A DNA stretch of 64,000 nt from Marsupella aquatica (taxonomy: Eukaryota > Plantae > Marchantiophyta), in NCBI GenBank assembly GCA_973895155.1, contig OZ316893.1, positions 3,516,490 to 3,580,489 on the forward strand, given 5' to 3'. The notes under the pieces are model-generated. The model searched no databases. It was given only the letters and a program-made list of their open reading frames with translations, and had not been told where the DNA came from. Made by a program: the position numbers and the translations under genes. This document shows positions 50,723-64,000 of the stretch, piece after piece (the stretch's first letter is position 1; each line of letters opens with the position of its first letter).

Positions 50723-53700
50723 CATATGTGGTGGGTGGCTTAAGCCTACGAGCAACAGCTACACAGGCCAAGAAATGCCCGGCAGTGTGGGTAGGGCAAA
50801 CGGAGGGGGAGAAACAGGCGGGAAGGGGTTGTGGGCAGCCGGCAAAGCACCGGCTGATGCTGCAAGCCAGAAAACTTGTGCTTGAGACCCATACTTGGAC
50901 ACATATCCAATGTGGAAAGGCACGAGGGAGGCCAAAACGTGAGGAAGAAATAGCTAGGTAAAGTAAAATATCCAGATCTAAGCAATACCACCAGAAATGG
51001 AGATTATCTGCTCCCAAAAAGGAAAAAAATTGCTGTGAGCAATCCTAGCTATTCACCAAAAAATGAGTTTTCCATCACTGTGGAATCCACCCTATCACCA
51101 CTCTTGCCTGGCATGCATGCCTGAGCTGCCCTAACCATGCCAGTGATAACATGAATTAAAAAAATAATTAAATCAAAGTAAATTAAACAACCAAAAGCAC
51201 TAAAGACAAGAGATGGAAAATTTAACAACAAGACCGTCTTCCACACCAGGCCCAGAAACATGATTCTACAATGGCATCGTTGTAATGATAGCACTTCCTC
51301 ACTTTGCTTGCAATATTCTCTGTCTCACGTCAACATTCAGTCTGTGCAATGCATGATCTAGTGTCAGTTGTTACACCTATGACTGCATGGTCACAACTGC
51401 AATGCAAGTATTGTTGCACCAATGACTCGAGGGTCACAATTCTACCCTTGCTTGTATACATGCTAGATAGACAAAAAGAAAAATCACCTGAGCAACTCAA
51501 CATTTGTGTGCCATGCATATATGGATATGGTTGCACCAAATGAATGACAACATGGCTGCAATGACAGTCCATCAGACAGTGGGCTATAATTAAACATTGT
51601 GATCAAACTGTGTAATATGCATTGGCACATTTTTCTGGGCATTGTCTACTTGCAAAAACAAAAAATGGCAGGGATGGATTGTAGTTGTCCGCCAAACAAG
51701 ACTTTTACAATTTACATATCACTACTACCATATATAGCATGCTCATCCTAGAACATGCTTTACTTTTTGTCTGGTAGTGATATGTAAGTGGACAAAATTA
51801 GAGAGTAAAAAGAATACATATTAAATGTGAATGGGATAAAATAATAGAAATAAAGTTCATGCAAATAAAAGCACATAGTGACCAATGGAAAGTACAATTA
51901 AATTTTATGACAAAAAGATGCTAGGGAGTTGTGCACTTACTTCAATGTGTCTTATTAATGACTCTCATTTCAATCCCGATTTCAATAAAACCATAAACTT
52001 AGGAAAGAAAGCCATGAGGGGAACTTAAGATAGGATGTGTTCACATTACTTAAAATCATTCCTCTCACTCATGAGAATACTTAAAAGCGGTAGAAAATGA
52101 AGCCCTTAGTTTCTCTCTAGGAGACAACAAAGTTTGAAAATTAAGGGGGCTGCCAAAATAAATTCAAAATACTATAGGATACCAAAAATTTAAAGGGGTC
52201 CAACATTGAATTAAAAATCTATATGTTACAAAGGATGCCCCTTGTTAAGATACATTCAAATAAAAATACATGATACAAAAATATGAATAAGACAAAACAT
52301 GAAAGTTGGATTCACCACATAGCAGTGTCAAATGCAATACCTACTCATATATTGGAGGAAATGTCCAAGATTTTTCCCTTCTTGGGGCCTTTTTCCACAT
52401 TCCACCCACTTCTTTCTTGTAAGGGGCCAATATGCTCCACTGTTTTTGGGAAATTTGCTAGAAATGGCAAAATTTGGACCATACTGGTAACCCATAGCTC
52501 TTGAAACAGATATTACTGCAACCCATAGCTCTTGAAGGGGCAGTGTTTAAGGTCCATCAGATTTTGAGGTTTGAGGTCCCTTTAATAAATCATGCAATCC
52601 AGATCTATTTGGTTTAAGGTCCATCAAATTCTGAGGATTGAGACTCCCAATAAAGCATATGCAATCCTGTGCCCGTATCTGAGTCTCTAGTCTATTCCCT
52701 TTCTCCACACTTTACCAGGAAGCGAGCTGCTAACAAGGGGTCATTGTAGCATCCAAGGAAACAGTAAACATGAAACATGGAAACAGTAAACATGTTCTCA
52801 CATGAGCAAAAACTTTACTCACATGATCCCTAATTTTTCTACATCCAAGTGCCTAGCTAACAAGAACCTGGTTGATATCATACATTTTTGGGACTCCTCT
52901 TTTTGCTAGCAAACTCGCTAAGCCATCTGGAGTCATAAAAAAGACGTCATAAAGAACAGAAAAATTATAAAAGACAGAAACAAACAATTAAAAACCTTTA
53001 GTGCCTCACTAACAACACTCTCCTACCTAACTAAAGTTCCTTCTTTGCTCGCATTATACGATATCTTGCTAACGAGCATTATACAATACATAACAGCTAA
53101 CGAGTCAGTGCGATGTGCGCGGCTGAAATCAGGGCCAAAGTTAATGAGGGGAGTTTAAGGAGATGCATGTAGACGGAAAAGCAGCCGGCGGGAATCGGCA
53201 AGGAGCATGCGCAAAGAGAAGGCCTCGCTATGCAATGAACCCAGACGGCTTCGGAGCGTCTCCACCCGTCAAACCTGGCCCGACTGGACCCACTCTCTCG
53301 ATCTCATGCCAGAGATTCAAGCGCACTGTCCATCATCACTCTGTCAGCTCGATTCAATAATTTACTAACAAAATGCATCGTTTACTTCCCAAGCTTGCTG
53401 CTCAGATTCCATAGCCTGAGGAGTGGGCCTATTCCACCCTTCGCTTGACGACAATCGCTCTTTCCCACTTTTTCCCAGAAACCCGCACTTTAGTCCTGAA
53501 AGAGAGAGATGTCTGAGTCCGTCGTTTTCAACCGAAAGAATTCTCTGAAACTGGTTTTTGATCCGGTGTAGGTGTCTCTGAATATTTTTCGTTGAGCTTG
53601 TTTGCTTCACTGAGTACTTTCTCTATGTAACACTGTCCAAAAACAAAAGGACGCATGCGTCCTGGAGAGAGGAATGCACAGGAAAGAGACCCAATAAAGG

Positions 53701-54507
53701 GGACCCTTTCAGTAAGTTTCTTTCTTTCAAAATACCGTCATCCTTTGTTTGACCTGGAACAGAGCCATTCATTCATTATATAACACACTCACTACGACTT
53801 CGATTCTCACCCGTGCAGCCTACATCTCTCTCAACTCAGACTACCGGCACTCCTATCACATTGAGTACGTCCGCGCAGCTCCGCTCCAGCGTTCGCCTCG
53901 TCTGCCAACGAAGTGCAAACTTACGGCTCCGTCGTCTCGCTGCCCACACAGTCTCTTCCATCGTCTGTAAGCGGCGACCTGCTTCATTCTGTAATTATAT
54001 TCGGAGCATATCAATGTGTCCAGTCTTACAGAGGACATATATAGAACTGATGATTAGACCTTGCTCATTGTAGACTGAAACCGTAATCAGATTGCTTGGT
54101 GATTGAGCGTCACATCCTCATACGTAGGCAGAAAATTTGGGTCCAGCTGAAAGCATACTCTGACAGCAAGCGCCATTGATGGACTTCTGCGTTGGACGCT
54201 TAATTTATAACTCCTGACCTGTCAATTGGTACATAGCTGCGGGTAGATGTGAGGAGAATTCAATGCCTGATCGACGACTCAGGTGCATGCTGTCAAATTC
54301 TCTTGCAAAGGAAATATTGTCTAGGACGGCGTTATGGCGAGCTCAGTAGCCATAGCATACGCACGCTCCAGCTGGTCCGACACTGATATGTCAATTGTAA
54401 TAGGTTGGGCTCGTGTGGCGATCGCGCACATCAGAGTCTGACTTGGCAGTATTAGCTCACATCATTCTTTTGAGTAACGCCTTCTAACCGACTTCTTTTC
54501 CTTCAGA

Positions 54508-54719
54508 AAGGTGTTGAAGCGAATTCAGTCATGGCTCAATGGGATTCCAGGGAGGCGTCTCCGGCAGCACTGGAGACGATACACAAGTACTTCGAACACG
54601 CGTTTCTGGACATCAACTACTTCAATGCAATAACCTCAGCCGTTGCAAAACTTGGTTTCGAGAAGTACGTACCAAAACATGTAATACATGAAGAGACATT
54701 CAATGCAAATGGAGTCTAA
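54508..54719 (+). CDS. Possible terminal exon of an unidentified gene
   Basis: Pyrimidine-tract acceptor TTTTCCTTCAG followed by a ~70-codon open frame (...QWDSREASPAALETIHKYFEHAF...); upstream exons not resolved. Confidence 0.2.
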
Positions 54720-57700
54720 TGCTGAACTTGCTGAGAATTGACAAGCTGGCAATCTGCAAATGTTGATCAAGATGATAGCTTGAATTACGTCAAGTGAAAT
54801 CAAGTCCTGTTGATTTGATCCATCACTTGGTGTTAGTACGTTCCAAGAATTCCCCACTTGTTCTAGAATGCTCAATGAGAGCTTATTCATTTTTGTCGAC
54901 CTGACAAATTGGTCTGTTGAAAACTTCAAACAGAGAGAACAGCATCGCTTTGGTCAATTCTTGCAGAGATGAACTAGCCCGGCCGATTTCCCACTACTTC
55001 GATGAGGTGCGTATAATCGTTCATATTGATTCTTCCTCGTCCTGAGCCTCTCATGGAAAGCATTTTGATTCCTTTTCATAGTTGATCGCTACCAAAATTC
55101 TGCAAAGAACTGTCCATTTACAGGAGCCTCTTATGTCATACTCCTTCAATCACGGGTTCTCTTCGAAACTTGAGTTCGCATAAGCTAAATTTTGTGAGTA
55201 CTCCTGAAGTTGAATTCCGAATCTTTTGCCTGGATCGCGCAGACATTCGGCCACACCTTCAATCTTTCTGGCATTTCAGGAATCATAACCGCTGGCGCAC
55301 TGGGTTTCCTGGCAGCCACATCACATGCCCCAACCACAGCAAATGGCAGAGCCAAATGTAAGATTTTGAGTTCGTCCAGCACAATCATGAACCAGTACAA
55401 TATTACTGATTTCCAGCCAGTGGGTCAAGACTGATTTGCAATGAGGTGTTGGTGTAATTGTGTTGGTGTAATTGAAATTGTAGTCAAATCATGGTCATCT
55501 ACTGTAGCGATCCCTGCATTCGTCTAATACACGTTAAAGGGGCATTCTAGTCAAGATATGTTCGTCCAACAAGTAGGAAAGCTTATTCCGCTCCTTTCAC
55601 ATATAATGAGGGCAGAGCTCACTGTATGACGGTCTATTATGTTCTTGTATGACTTATCACTGCGCGTGTTTCAGATTTGTTCTTCGGATCCACTCACACT
55701 GCTGTTGACGAGAAAGGTAACGCATTTGATAGCTGGCCATTGCGACATTTCATAGTCACTAGTAGTTTATTTTGCATTGTCTATATATTATTATCATAGC
55801 TGAGGGTTGAGGGATGAGAACAGATCCGATTATGATCTAGCCGAACGGAACTTCGTCAGAAACTTCAGATATTTCGGGACCTCGAGTTATGGAAGAATTG
55901 GTTCATTGTTTCAATGCGCAGGTGTGGAGGGAGCCATTTTGAGAGAAGGCCAAAATCACGTTGGACACGCGTGTGGAGCTATCGAGGCAATCAAGGGCGA
56001 AATCGAAAGAGGAGAAATCCAGACCGGTGAAATCCGTGATAACAATGTCGAGTATGACATTTTGAAGAAGAAAATATTCGCCCATGTAAGCTTTCAGCTC
56101 TGTTTGTACCCTCTTAACTCGTGATGCAAGGCCACATTTCTTGTTGTTGATGGAGTTCTTCTCCGCGGTGAGAAGTTTGGACAGGCCGACTTGTTGATTT
56201 ATCATTTCATGTACTCGGCTGCCGATTGTCGGAATCATCCAATTTTTTTCGGCTGCAGAACCCGGCACCCACCACAACAAAGCCAACCAACTTTGGAATC
56301 ACCCAAATCACTATCGATGTAAGTACGAGTACACTTTTAGGACGATGCTTTTATTAGAAACCAACTTGATCTGGTTAAACACCGTTCCTAAGTTGGCTGA
56401 TATTTGAAATTCAGAGCTACAATGATCGTTCTCAACGTTACGTTACATTCCCATTCTGGCTTCTTTTGTGAGCTGCTGAAGTATGTGGAACGTCGTGTTA
56501 TCTATTCAGTTCATAGAGTAAAGTTTCTCTGCAGATAATTACCAAGGATTTGGAGGATTATATCAAGACCTTGGACACCTCTAATGCTGACTATGCTGTG
56601 TTCACCGGTGTCCAAATCCACGCTGGTGTTCCGGGAGGCGCTCCTGGGAACCACTTGGATTACATCGCACCAGGTAAAGATTAAGTTACCAAGCAATAGT
56701 ATCAATGCAGCAACCCTCACTTACTAGGTGGAATGAGCAATTAGATCCTGACTTTTGGCTGTACTTCACAGCATTGCGAGTCAAGCTGCCAACAATTTAT
56801 GCTATGCAGCAAACACTGACAGCAGACATTGTGCAATATCTATGCAGAGGCTTCATACGTAGTCCTAAATGGGAAAAAAATCGACTTCAAAACCGATGGC
56901 AAGACATACTTCCTCGAGAAACTATGAGTTAGAAGTTCTGGGCCGCTTGACAGCCCAGAATGTCTCTCACGGTACGTTTCCCTCTGGTCAAAACTCTCAA
57001 AGGATGAATTGCCGTAGGAGACGAAATGCTTTTGACATGCCTTGCAAATTCAGATGAGTTTCAGTTTAAACGCTGCATTATAAGTCCTTTGCTTCTCTAC
57101 AAATTAGAACAAGTCTGCTTAAGGGTTTAGGGTTAGATAAAATGAAAGTGACATGTTGAAGTTGTCTCGAACTCAGACAGCTGATGATAGACCATCAGGC
57201 TATACACAATTCATGATGATACACAATTCATGGTCTGGAATATTGGGATGTACCATCAGGCTGCAACAGTAACGATCGAAACGAATTCTTTTCAGATGCA
57301 CCCATGTGAAATAGATAATACGCACTGTAGTTAAGAGTGCCCGTAATCTATTCATTAATAGTGAACTTCAGATGTTAGTACAGTTTAGGATGGTATGACC
57401 CGAATGCTGAGGATCCATAAGTTGGATTAAAACACCGTTCGATTGGTTCGATTGTAAGTCTATTAAGTTGGTTTCAAAATTATAGAGACGATTGTAAAAA
57501 TTTGGGCACTTTCAGAATATAATTAAGTGCAACCCGCGCTTCTCAAATACGATGGGTACCAATCTGGTGTAATTTAATACTTCCGACTCATCGAAACCTT
57601 CAATCCGGTTATCATCCTCTTCGGTACGATCCGATCGACGAATGTGAAAATAGATAAATCCGATTGATGAATGTGAAAATAGATCTAAAATCTCAAGCCG

Positions 57701-57920
57701 TCCACAGGGTTTCAAGATATGACAGTCTTCACAATAGCCTATGCATCATGACTAAAGCATACCACACTGAGACTCAAGAATCTAATCATTATTCCCTCTG
57801 CGCATTGCTACACACAAACTACAGGCCACGAATCCACAGACCTAAATGGTGCTAATCGCAACCACTCCCAGATCTGACACTTCCTGAGATTTCCCAGACG
57901 CATAAATCTGCATGTAGTAC

Positions 57921-59959
57921 TCAGTAACTACGGTGTTCCTGTGCGTATCTTCCCTCATACCGCCTCCTATCGTACTCTCTCCTTTCTTTAGCTCCCATTC
58001 TACTTCTCCGTCTTTCGACGTGATCGTTCGAAATTACATCGACGTCATTCAATTCATCCACCCCAACCCCAGTTTGCATGACGAGATCAAAAGGATCTGC
58101 CAAAATGTCCGCTCCATCGTCCTGGAATGAAAGAACTTGTCAGTCATGCTGTCTATCAACAACGAAGCAACTACTAAAGACCAAAAAGAGTAGCAGGATG
58201 ATTAAACTGAATCTCACAGCAATGATATATCCAGTGCCTATATTACTGAAACGTACAGTTCCCAAAGCGCAGGCTGTAGAGAATAGTCATCAATCTAAAG
58301 ACCAAGGCACCAGTAACCTAGCTAGCAAGCTTAGCCAAATACGACAACAAAAAGAAACAGAAGCAGACACCATATCAGCACGACCCGAGGATTCGGATAT
58401 AGAACCGTCTACAACGTTTACCTTTTTCAGAGCTTCCTTTCTTTCTGCTATTTCCCATATCCTTGGTATTCTCCTACTCCATTCCTGGTCATTCCCATTC
58501 CCACGTCCAAACATATCTGGCCAATCGCTACTTTTAGCAGTTGAATCCTCTAATTCTAACGCCCAATCTTCAGAAGACACCGGTGCATGGGCTTCTTGGG
58601 CATAATCTTCCGACTCACTTGCAGGCTTAGACAAGGGTCTATCAAATCGCCCAAGATCTGTTTTTAGTAGTGAATGATCCGGATAGTCTTCCTGCAAGCT
58701 GGACAGTACATCGATAATGAAGGATCAATTTCATCTGCTCACTTCCTTTAGAGTACTCTCATCCTAATAATAACATGATGAGACCAAAACTTGACCAAGA
58801 TTCAAATAATAATCATGATTGCAGACATTAGAAAGTAATTTACATGGATATCAGTTCAGCTCGCAGTGAACTGCCTTCCAAAGAAAGGATCCTTTTCATA
58901 CAAGAATACCCAGCAATTCTCCCGCCAATGTCACGTCCGATCCCTATTGCAACTGCAAGTAAACAACGAAGAGTTTGCTGAATTGTGAAGAGCAAACATT
59001 ACGGAAGTTCGTAAGCCTACTCCCACAGCATGCAGTAGAAATCACCCTGGATCAATTTGTCGTGAAGTGCTCTAGTACCATTTACCACCAGTCATGAAAA
59101 CACGCGGGATGAATTTGAGTTTATTCCGGGCCATTCCTGTCACTGCACGTGGTGGCATGGAAGGCACTGTCAAAAAAAATAATGGTCGACTAGCGAGCAG
59201 ACAGACATTCCACGGTTGATCTCGTAAGCCCAGAAAAAACCAAAAGCTGTCTTCCATGCCACACGTCTTTGCACAACTGGAACGGGCATTAACAAAACTC
59301 CAAAGACACAAACTCCACTCACCATTCCACGCTATGGCACCAGACAACAGGGCCCCATTGAGAAAGTACCACCTCCCATCCTCAAAGCATTTCGAAAGTA
59401 CCTCTGTTTCTTGTGGAGTGGGTTTATACTAAACATTCAAAAGCCAAAAGCAGCAAAGCAATAAGTTCGACTGCCATTTTTCAATCACAAGCGTATTGAA
59501 AAATATACATCGGCTGTGGTAGCACTATCTACACGAAGCCAGAAAGTTTAAAGTAAGAGAGCTGATACAAGTGGGCCACCACCAGGGGTCAGGAGGCGCC
59601 TGTCTACAAGACTGGTGCACGAAACCATGGAGTGCCAGCTTTCTTAAGCAGAAGATATAAGGAAATTGTGGTCTGACGTTCGAAGGGAAAGTCTAGGTAC
59701 CATGTTACAGAATTCTCAGTAACGAAGACACGATGATGGAAGGAGGGACTATACATCATCTAAGCTACAGTACGAATAAGGGGGGTAGAAAGTAACCCTG
59801 TGAACATGTAGTCCAAAATCGAGACTTGAAATTACTTAGTCCGCAGTTGGAGATAAAACTGACCTTGTTGAGGCGTATTTGCCAGCCAAGTTTCGCCAAC
59901 GGATTCAATCCCGGCGGAGCATTAGGCGGTGGATTCCTCTGCTCCACTTGCGTCCCCAT
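57921..59959 (-). CDS. Uncharacterised plant protein with two Gly-rich hydrophobic segments and Arg-rich C-terminus, 6 exons (59959-59864, ~59429-59324, ~59142-59087, ~58952-58846, 58698-58422, 58121-57921)
   Basis: In-phase GT-AG splicing gives MGTQVEQ...LNK|YKPTPQETEVLSKCFEDGRWYFLNGALLSGAIAWN|VTG...GVAIGIG...SCMKRILSLEGSSLRAELISIL...|DDGADILADPFD...RRRSR. It resembles a conserved plant family of unknown function (OCIA-like layout; inference). Confidence 0.75.
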
Positions 59960-62900
59960 GATGGTCCGAGTAATCACACCAGGGTGTGAGAGCAGCTTCA
60001 ATAGGATTACAAGATTAAATCACCTCACCATCACAATGCCGTGCCCTCTACTCGCATCAATAGTGGTAACCAGAGCATCGTAAATTGCAACCATTTCGCC
60101 CACCTGTTGGTTGGACTCAACAAAGTTAAGACCAGCGAATGAGATTTCGCAGCTAAGACTTGGATAGTGAGTTGGACTCTCGAGTTAGAGTTCAGAACAC
60201 GGATATTGAAGACGGGTCTTACCCTGCAATTGACATAAGGATTCTAATCCTCGGCAGAGGTGAACACGCTTACAGGCAATCTTCAGATATAGGTCTACGA
60301 AGACGCCTACTACCTGAACATTTGCGTGCTTCCCTCGTGGTCCCTTTTTGCAGTGAAAATGCTATGCAATCTTCAACTAGAGACTACAACAAGGTACCAC
60401 GAGTGAAGGGCACAAATCTTCTCGGTCAGGTCAGTTGAACAGGAGCAAGAGCCTGTTCCTCGAGCAGCACAACTGGGAAACAGGAGATTCACACAAAACT
60501 CTAATTTCTTCTCTCTAAATTGCAAAGAAGCCCTATCTCCGCTTTAGCTAAGGCTGGATCCGACTGCAATTGAGAGAGATAGCGATCGACAGAGGAACCA
60601 CATTCGAGCCGATAAGCAAGACCGGAAACCATAACCTAATGTGATGTAATAATACTCCTGGATCGGATTGATTGCTGGACATCTCAATGCGTACCTGCGT
60701 ATCGAAGGTGCGGCCGAGGCTGGCTTCACCAGATCCGTCGAACTCCAGATCAATCTGGTGGTCGTCAAACCCCTACTTGAGTTTAGAGTCGTTCAACGGG
60801 AAAATGTTCATGCCGATGCTCCCTCCCAACGTCGTTCTTGAGCTGGGTCGGATATGGCCGCCAATCCTCCGATGCGATTGGGGAACTTGCTCATAGAGCT
60901 GGCTACTCCGCAATCCCTTCGGATGCTGCTCAATCCAACGAAGGAAGGTCAGGTTTCATGGCGAGTACTGAGGGCCGTCTTGCATGTCTCCTCTCATACA
61001 TTTCCAGCCCTCGAAGCCAACTCGCATGTAGCCGCCCTCAACATCAGGGGGTCTCAAATATTGGGCCCGGACAATACTTACTGGATTTGAGGGCACCCTA
61101 TTTCTTCCGTGTCTCAATTCTTTTAGGACCATAATAGAGGGACTCAATCCTTGGAGTCGCGGGGAAAAACAGAGGCTTGGAACTAGCAGTTTTGGTCACG
61201 GTCCAGCAGTGTGCGGACATGGATTTTCGTGTCCGCCAATTTTTTCCCGGGATTCCGTCTCTGACTGCAACCAGAAGCTGCAACGTGAAGTTTGAGACGC
61301 CCTAATGTGTGAATCCATGCCAAAGGAACCTGTTGCAGCCAAAGTTTCATGGATGGTGCCCAATTTTGAGCCAGCCCAGATGCGGACTGATTTTGGGCGA
61401 GCCTGGGACTCTACCAGTTGAAGCGAATTAAATCAAGGTCCCAAAACTGGCAACCAGTGGCAGCATAGATGACCAGTTCTCTCTGCCGTCCCAGTGGCGC
61501 CGCCACCCCCCCCCCCCCCCCCCATTTAGCAACAGTTCACCTCCAAATTTTGGGTCCAATTAGCTAGCTTCCCACCAAGTCACCTTTCAGTAGCGACAAA
61601 CTGATAGCTCTCACTCCATATATGAAGTAACATATTAGTTACAGCTTATTTGAGCAATTCTTGTACTGATGGGCTGAATTAATTATTCACGTAAGTAACA
61701 ATTACAATTTTTTAATTAATTAGTAATATTTAAGTGACAAGGAGGACATGGTTGGGCAAAAACCTTAGTTGACTTTCACTTAATCCAACGATGGTTAACA
61801 TTCTATGTACAAAGGCTGAAAATGTGAGTTCAAATTGTTTTGACCTTTATTTATAAATAAAGTCCTTTATTGCAAGTAACAACTTTAACCCAACTAGAGC
61901 TAGAGTGTCACAATGGTGTGCATTATCATTGGTATTTGGGAAGTGCAAGTTTTGAACCTTTGTGAGGCTCTTCTTATGTCAATTTCAAAACTGGGTATAA
62001 GAGTATAAAAGAAACAACTTCTAAAGTAATTTAATGAGTTTTATATCCTATTTCACATTGGTATATATACTGACATAGGAAAGAGTTCCACAGGAATCCA
62101 TATAGCAGTGTCAAAATCTAAGAATATGTAAGTGCCAAATATGAATCTAGGAAACACTGCATCACAAAAATTCTTTGGATGTCCTTGACCCTGGCGAATT
62201 TTAATAAACCCTTGATTTTCATGACCCCCGCCCCCCTGCACAACACCCCTATGTGTAGAGCGTTTTCCCTTGACTCGCTGAGAGAGCGGGAGAGAAAGAA
62301 TTCAACACGTCACATAGTATAGGACATACGGCGTTGGCAGAGCCGACAATAATCTGAGCAGCAGCAGCCCTTGTGGTTGTACTCCTGGAGTCCTAGTACC
62401 TTTTACTGTCTTGTCATTGGTCTTAAGGATCATTCAGTAGCACTAAAATAATGAATTGTACAATTCTCACTCAGCATCTCATATGTCATCTCATACTCTA
62501 ATAATTAATAATTACTGAACATTTTAGTATAGAGGACAACATTTTAGAGTGTGTAAAACTTGTAAGAATTACAATATATATTACATGGTTTAGGGACATT
62601 TTAAATACTTTAATGTAAAACACTGATATAAAGGTAAACATAAGACAATTGTTTTGTGACACCTACATAATGTAACTTCAATGCCTTTCTTTTTCTTGAT
62701 TGGTGTCCTCTGTGGACCAGTCCTCGTTTTCTTTCTTTTCATTATACTTTGTTTTTCACTTTTGTATAAATAAATTATTAATGGTTCCTCGGGAGAAATG
62801 TAACATGCAATCCCCTATTCCCCTCAAAACTCCTCCATTGGCTGTTTATGAATTGAGTTGTGGTTGGGAAACAATCCTGACTGTTGGATGGTAGACATTT

Positions 62901-64000
62901 GTTTTTTGTGGTTGGATCACCCTTAGACCCCTTCTAGAGCCTGTCTGCACAGCTCCCCCACCACCCTCGCTTTGCACGCCTGCCTGCAGCACAATGGTCT
63001 GCCTCTCAGCCCCGCTTTCGGCCCAGTGCCCATCTGGAGAGGGGAAGGAGAAAAACTTGAGGGAGAGGAGACTGAGGGGGATGAACAAAATGACAAAAGA
63101 CCTTCTCCCTTGCAATCACCTCCCTTTGCCCATGCCCCAGCCCTCCCTTGCTTGCCCTCCTGGTAAACTGTCAACAACACCGTATGGTACCATGGCTCAA
63201 CCCCACAGGAAATGCTGATGACTAAGTTTTGTTTTGATAACATTTTTGCATCAAAACATTCATAGTGACCCAGTTCCTTGCCTCTACCATACTTCTTTTT
63301 CTCAATAACTTCCTTGCCTTAACTACATTTCCATGCCTCCAGAATTTTTTTGCTTGGAGTACACACCCTTGCATCAATGACATATAAGATGTGTAAACAA
63401 TTAATTTGTCCCCGTCAAACTTCTTTGTTTCACCTTTGAGTACTTTGCCTCACCTGGATATTGGGCTTTTATGAAACGTCAAAATATAAACTTTGTGAGC
63501 TGATTAAATGTAACAGTCGTTGTTAAGTTTCATATAAGAATCTGGGTAACTTAACAACGACTGTACATAATGTAATGTACAACATTCACAGTGCAGCTTC
63601 GCCGTAGTCTGAGGCAAGGATGTACACTGTTGCTCCTGGGTAGATAATTGAAGTTTGAAGGTACAGAACATTATTTTAGCAACAACGTCCAATAATTGCA
63701 GGACTATTAGATCGATGTACTTGACCCATAAAATCTGGTCGGACTTTGTGGCTCCCTTGCAATTTGCATTTTGGGCAAGCGCCTCACGAGAAGATAATAG
63801 ACACTTTAAAAAACCAGCCTTTATGCAGGATATGCGATATGGATTATCAATATCAATTGTCTGACCCTTCACATTTTCGCAAAGTGATGCTATCAATTTT
63901 CAAAAACACTTACAGTGTCCCGAATGCACGTTGATTATTGTGTTTATCTGCTACATAATTATGTAGATGCCACTCTTCGTATTGAATGCCTGATCTGTAT

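Overview
Eukaryotic, intron-containing, transposon-rich DNA from a land plant. A bryophyte-grade lineage is plausible but cannot be fixed from the sequence alone. The first ~11.6 kb is the right-hand part of a large DNA transposon. It has a Sola1-like (DUF7869-type) DDE transposase gene with a C-terminal BAH/Tudor-like module. Convergent with it is a 3-exon gene fusing a ParB/Srx-like domain to a prokaryote-type beta-class amino (N6-A/N4-C) DNA methyltransferase (DIPY ... NPY*KP ... DLCCGTGST). There is also an F-box-like ORF and other small cargo ORFs. About 25 copies of the palindrome CGATAAATTTATCG or close variants lie almost entirely in the element's introns and intergenic gaps. This is the best candidate for an undescribed system: a self-marking or anti-silencing transposon. 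11.6-39 kb is a nest of degenerate retroelements, MITEs, a 4-kb Mutator-like element (9-bp TSD) carrying a 14x116-bp hairpin array, and a CRE/R2-type REL-endonuclease LINE. 42.7-60 kb holds host genes: endonuclease V (-, 8 exons), LpxD (+, about 11 exons, head-to-head with EndoV) and a 6-exon uncharacterised membrane protein (-). Exon models were built by hand from GT-AG sites and frame continuity; no database searches were run.
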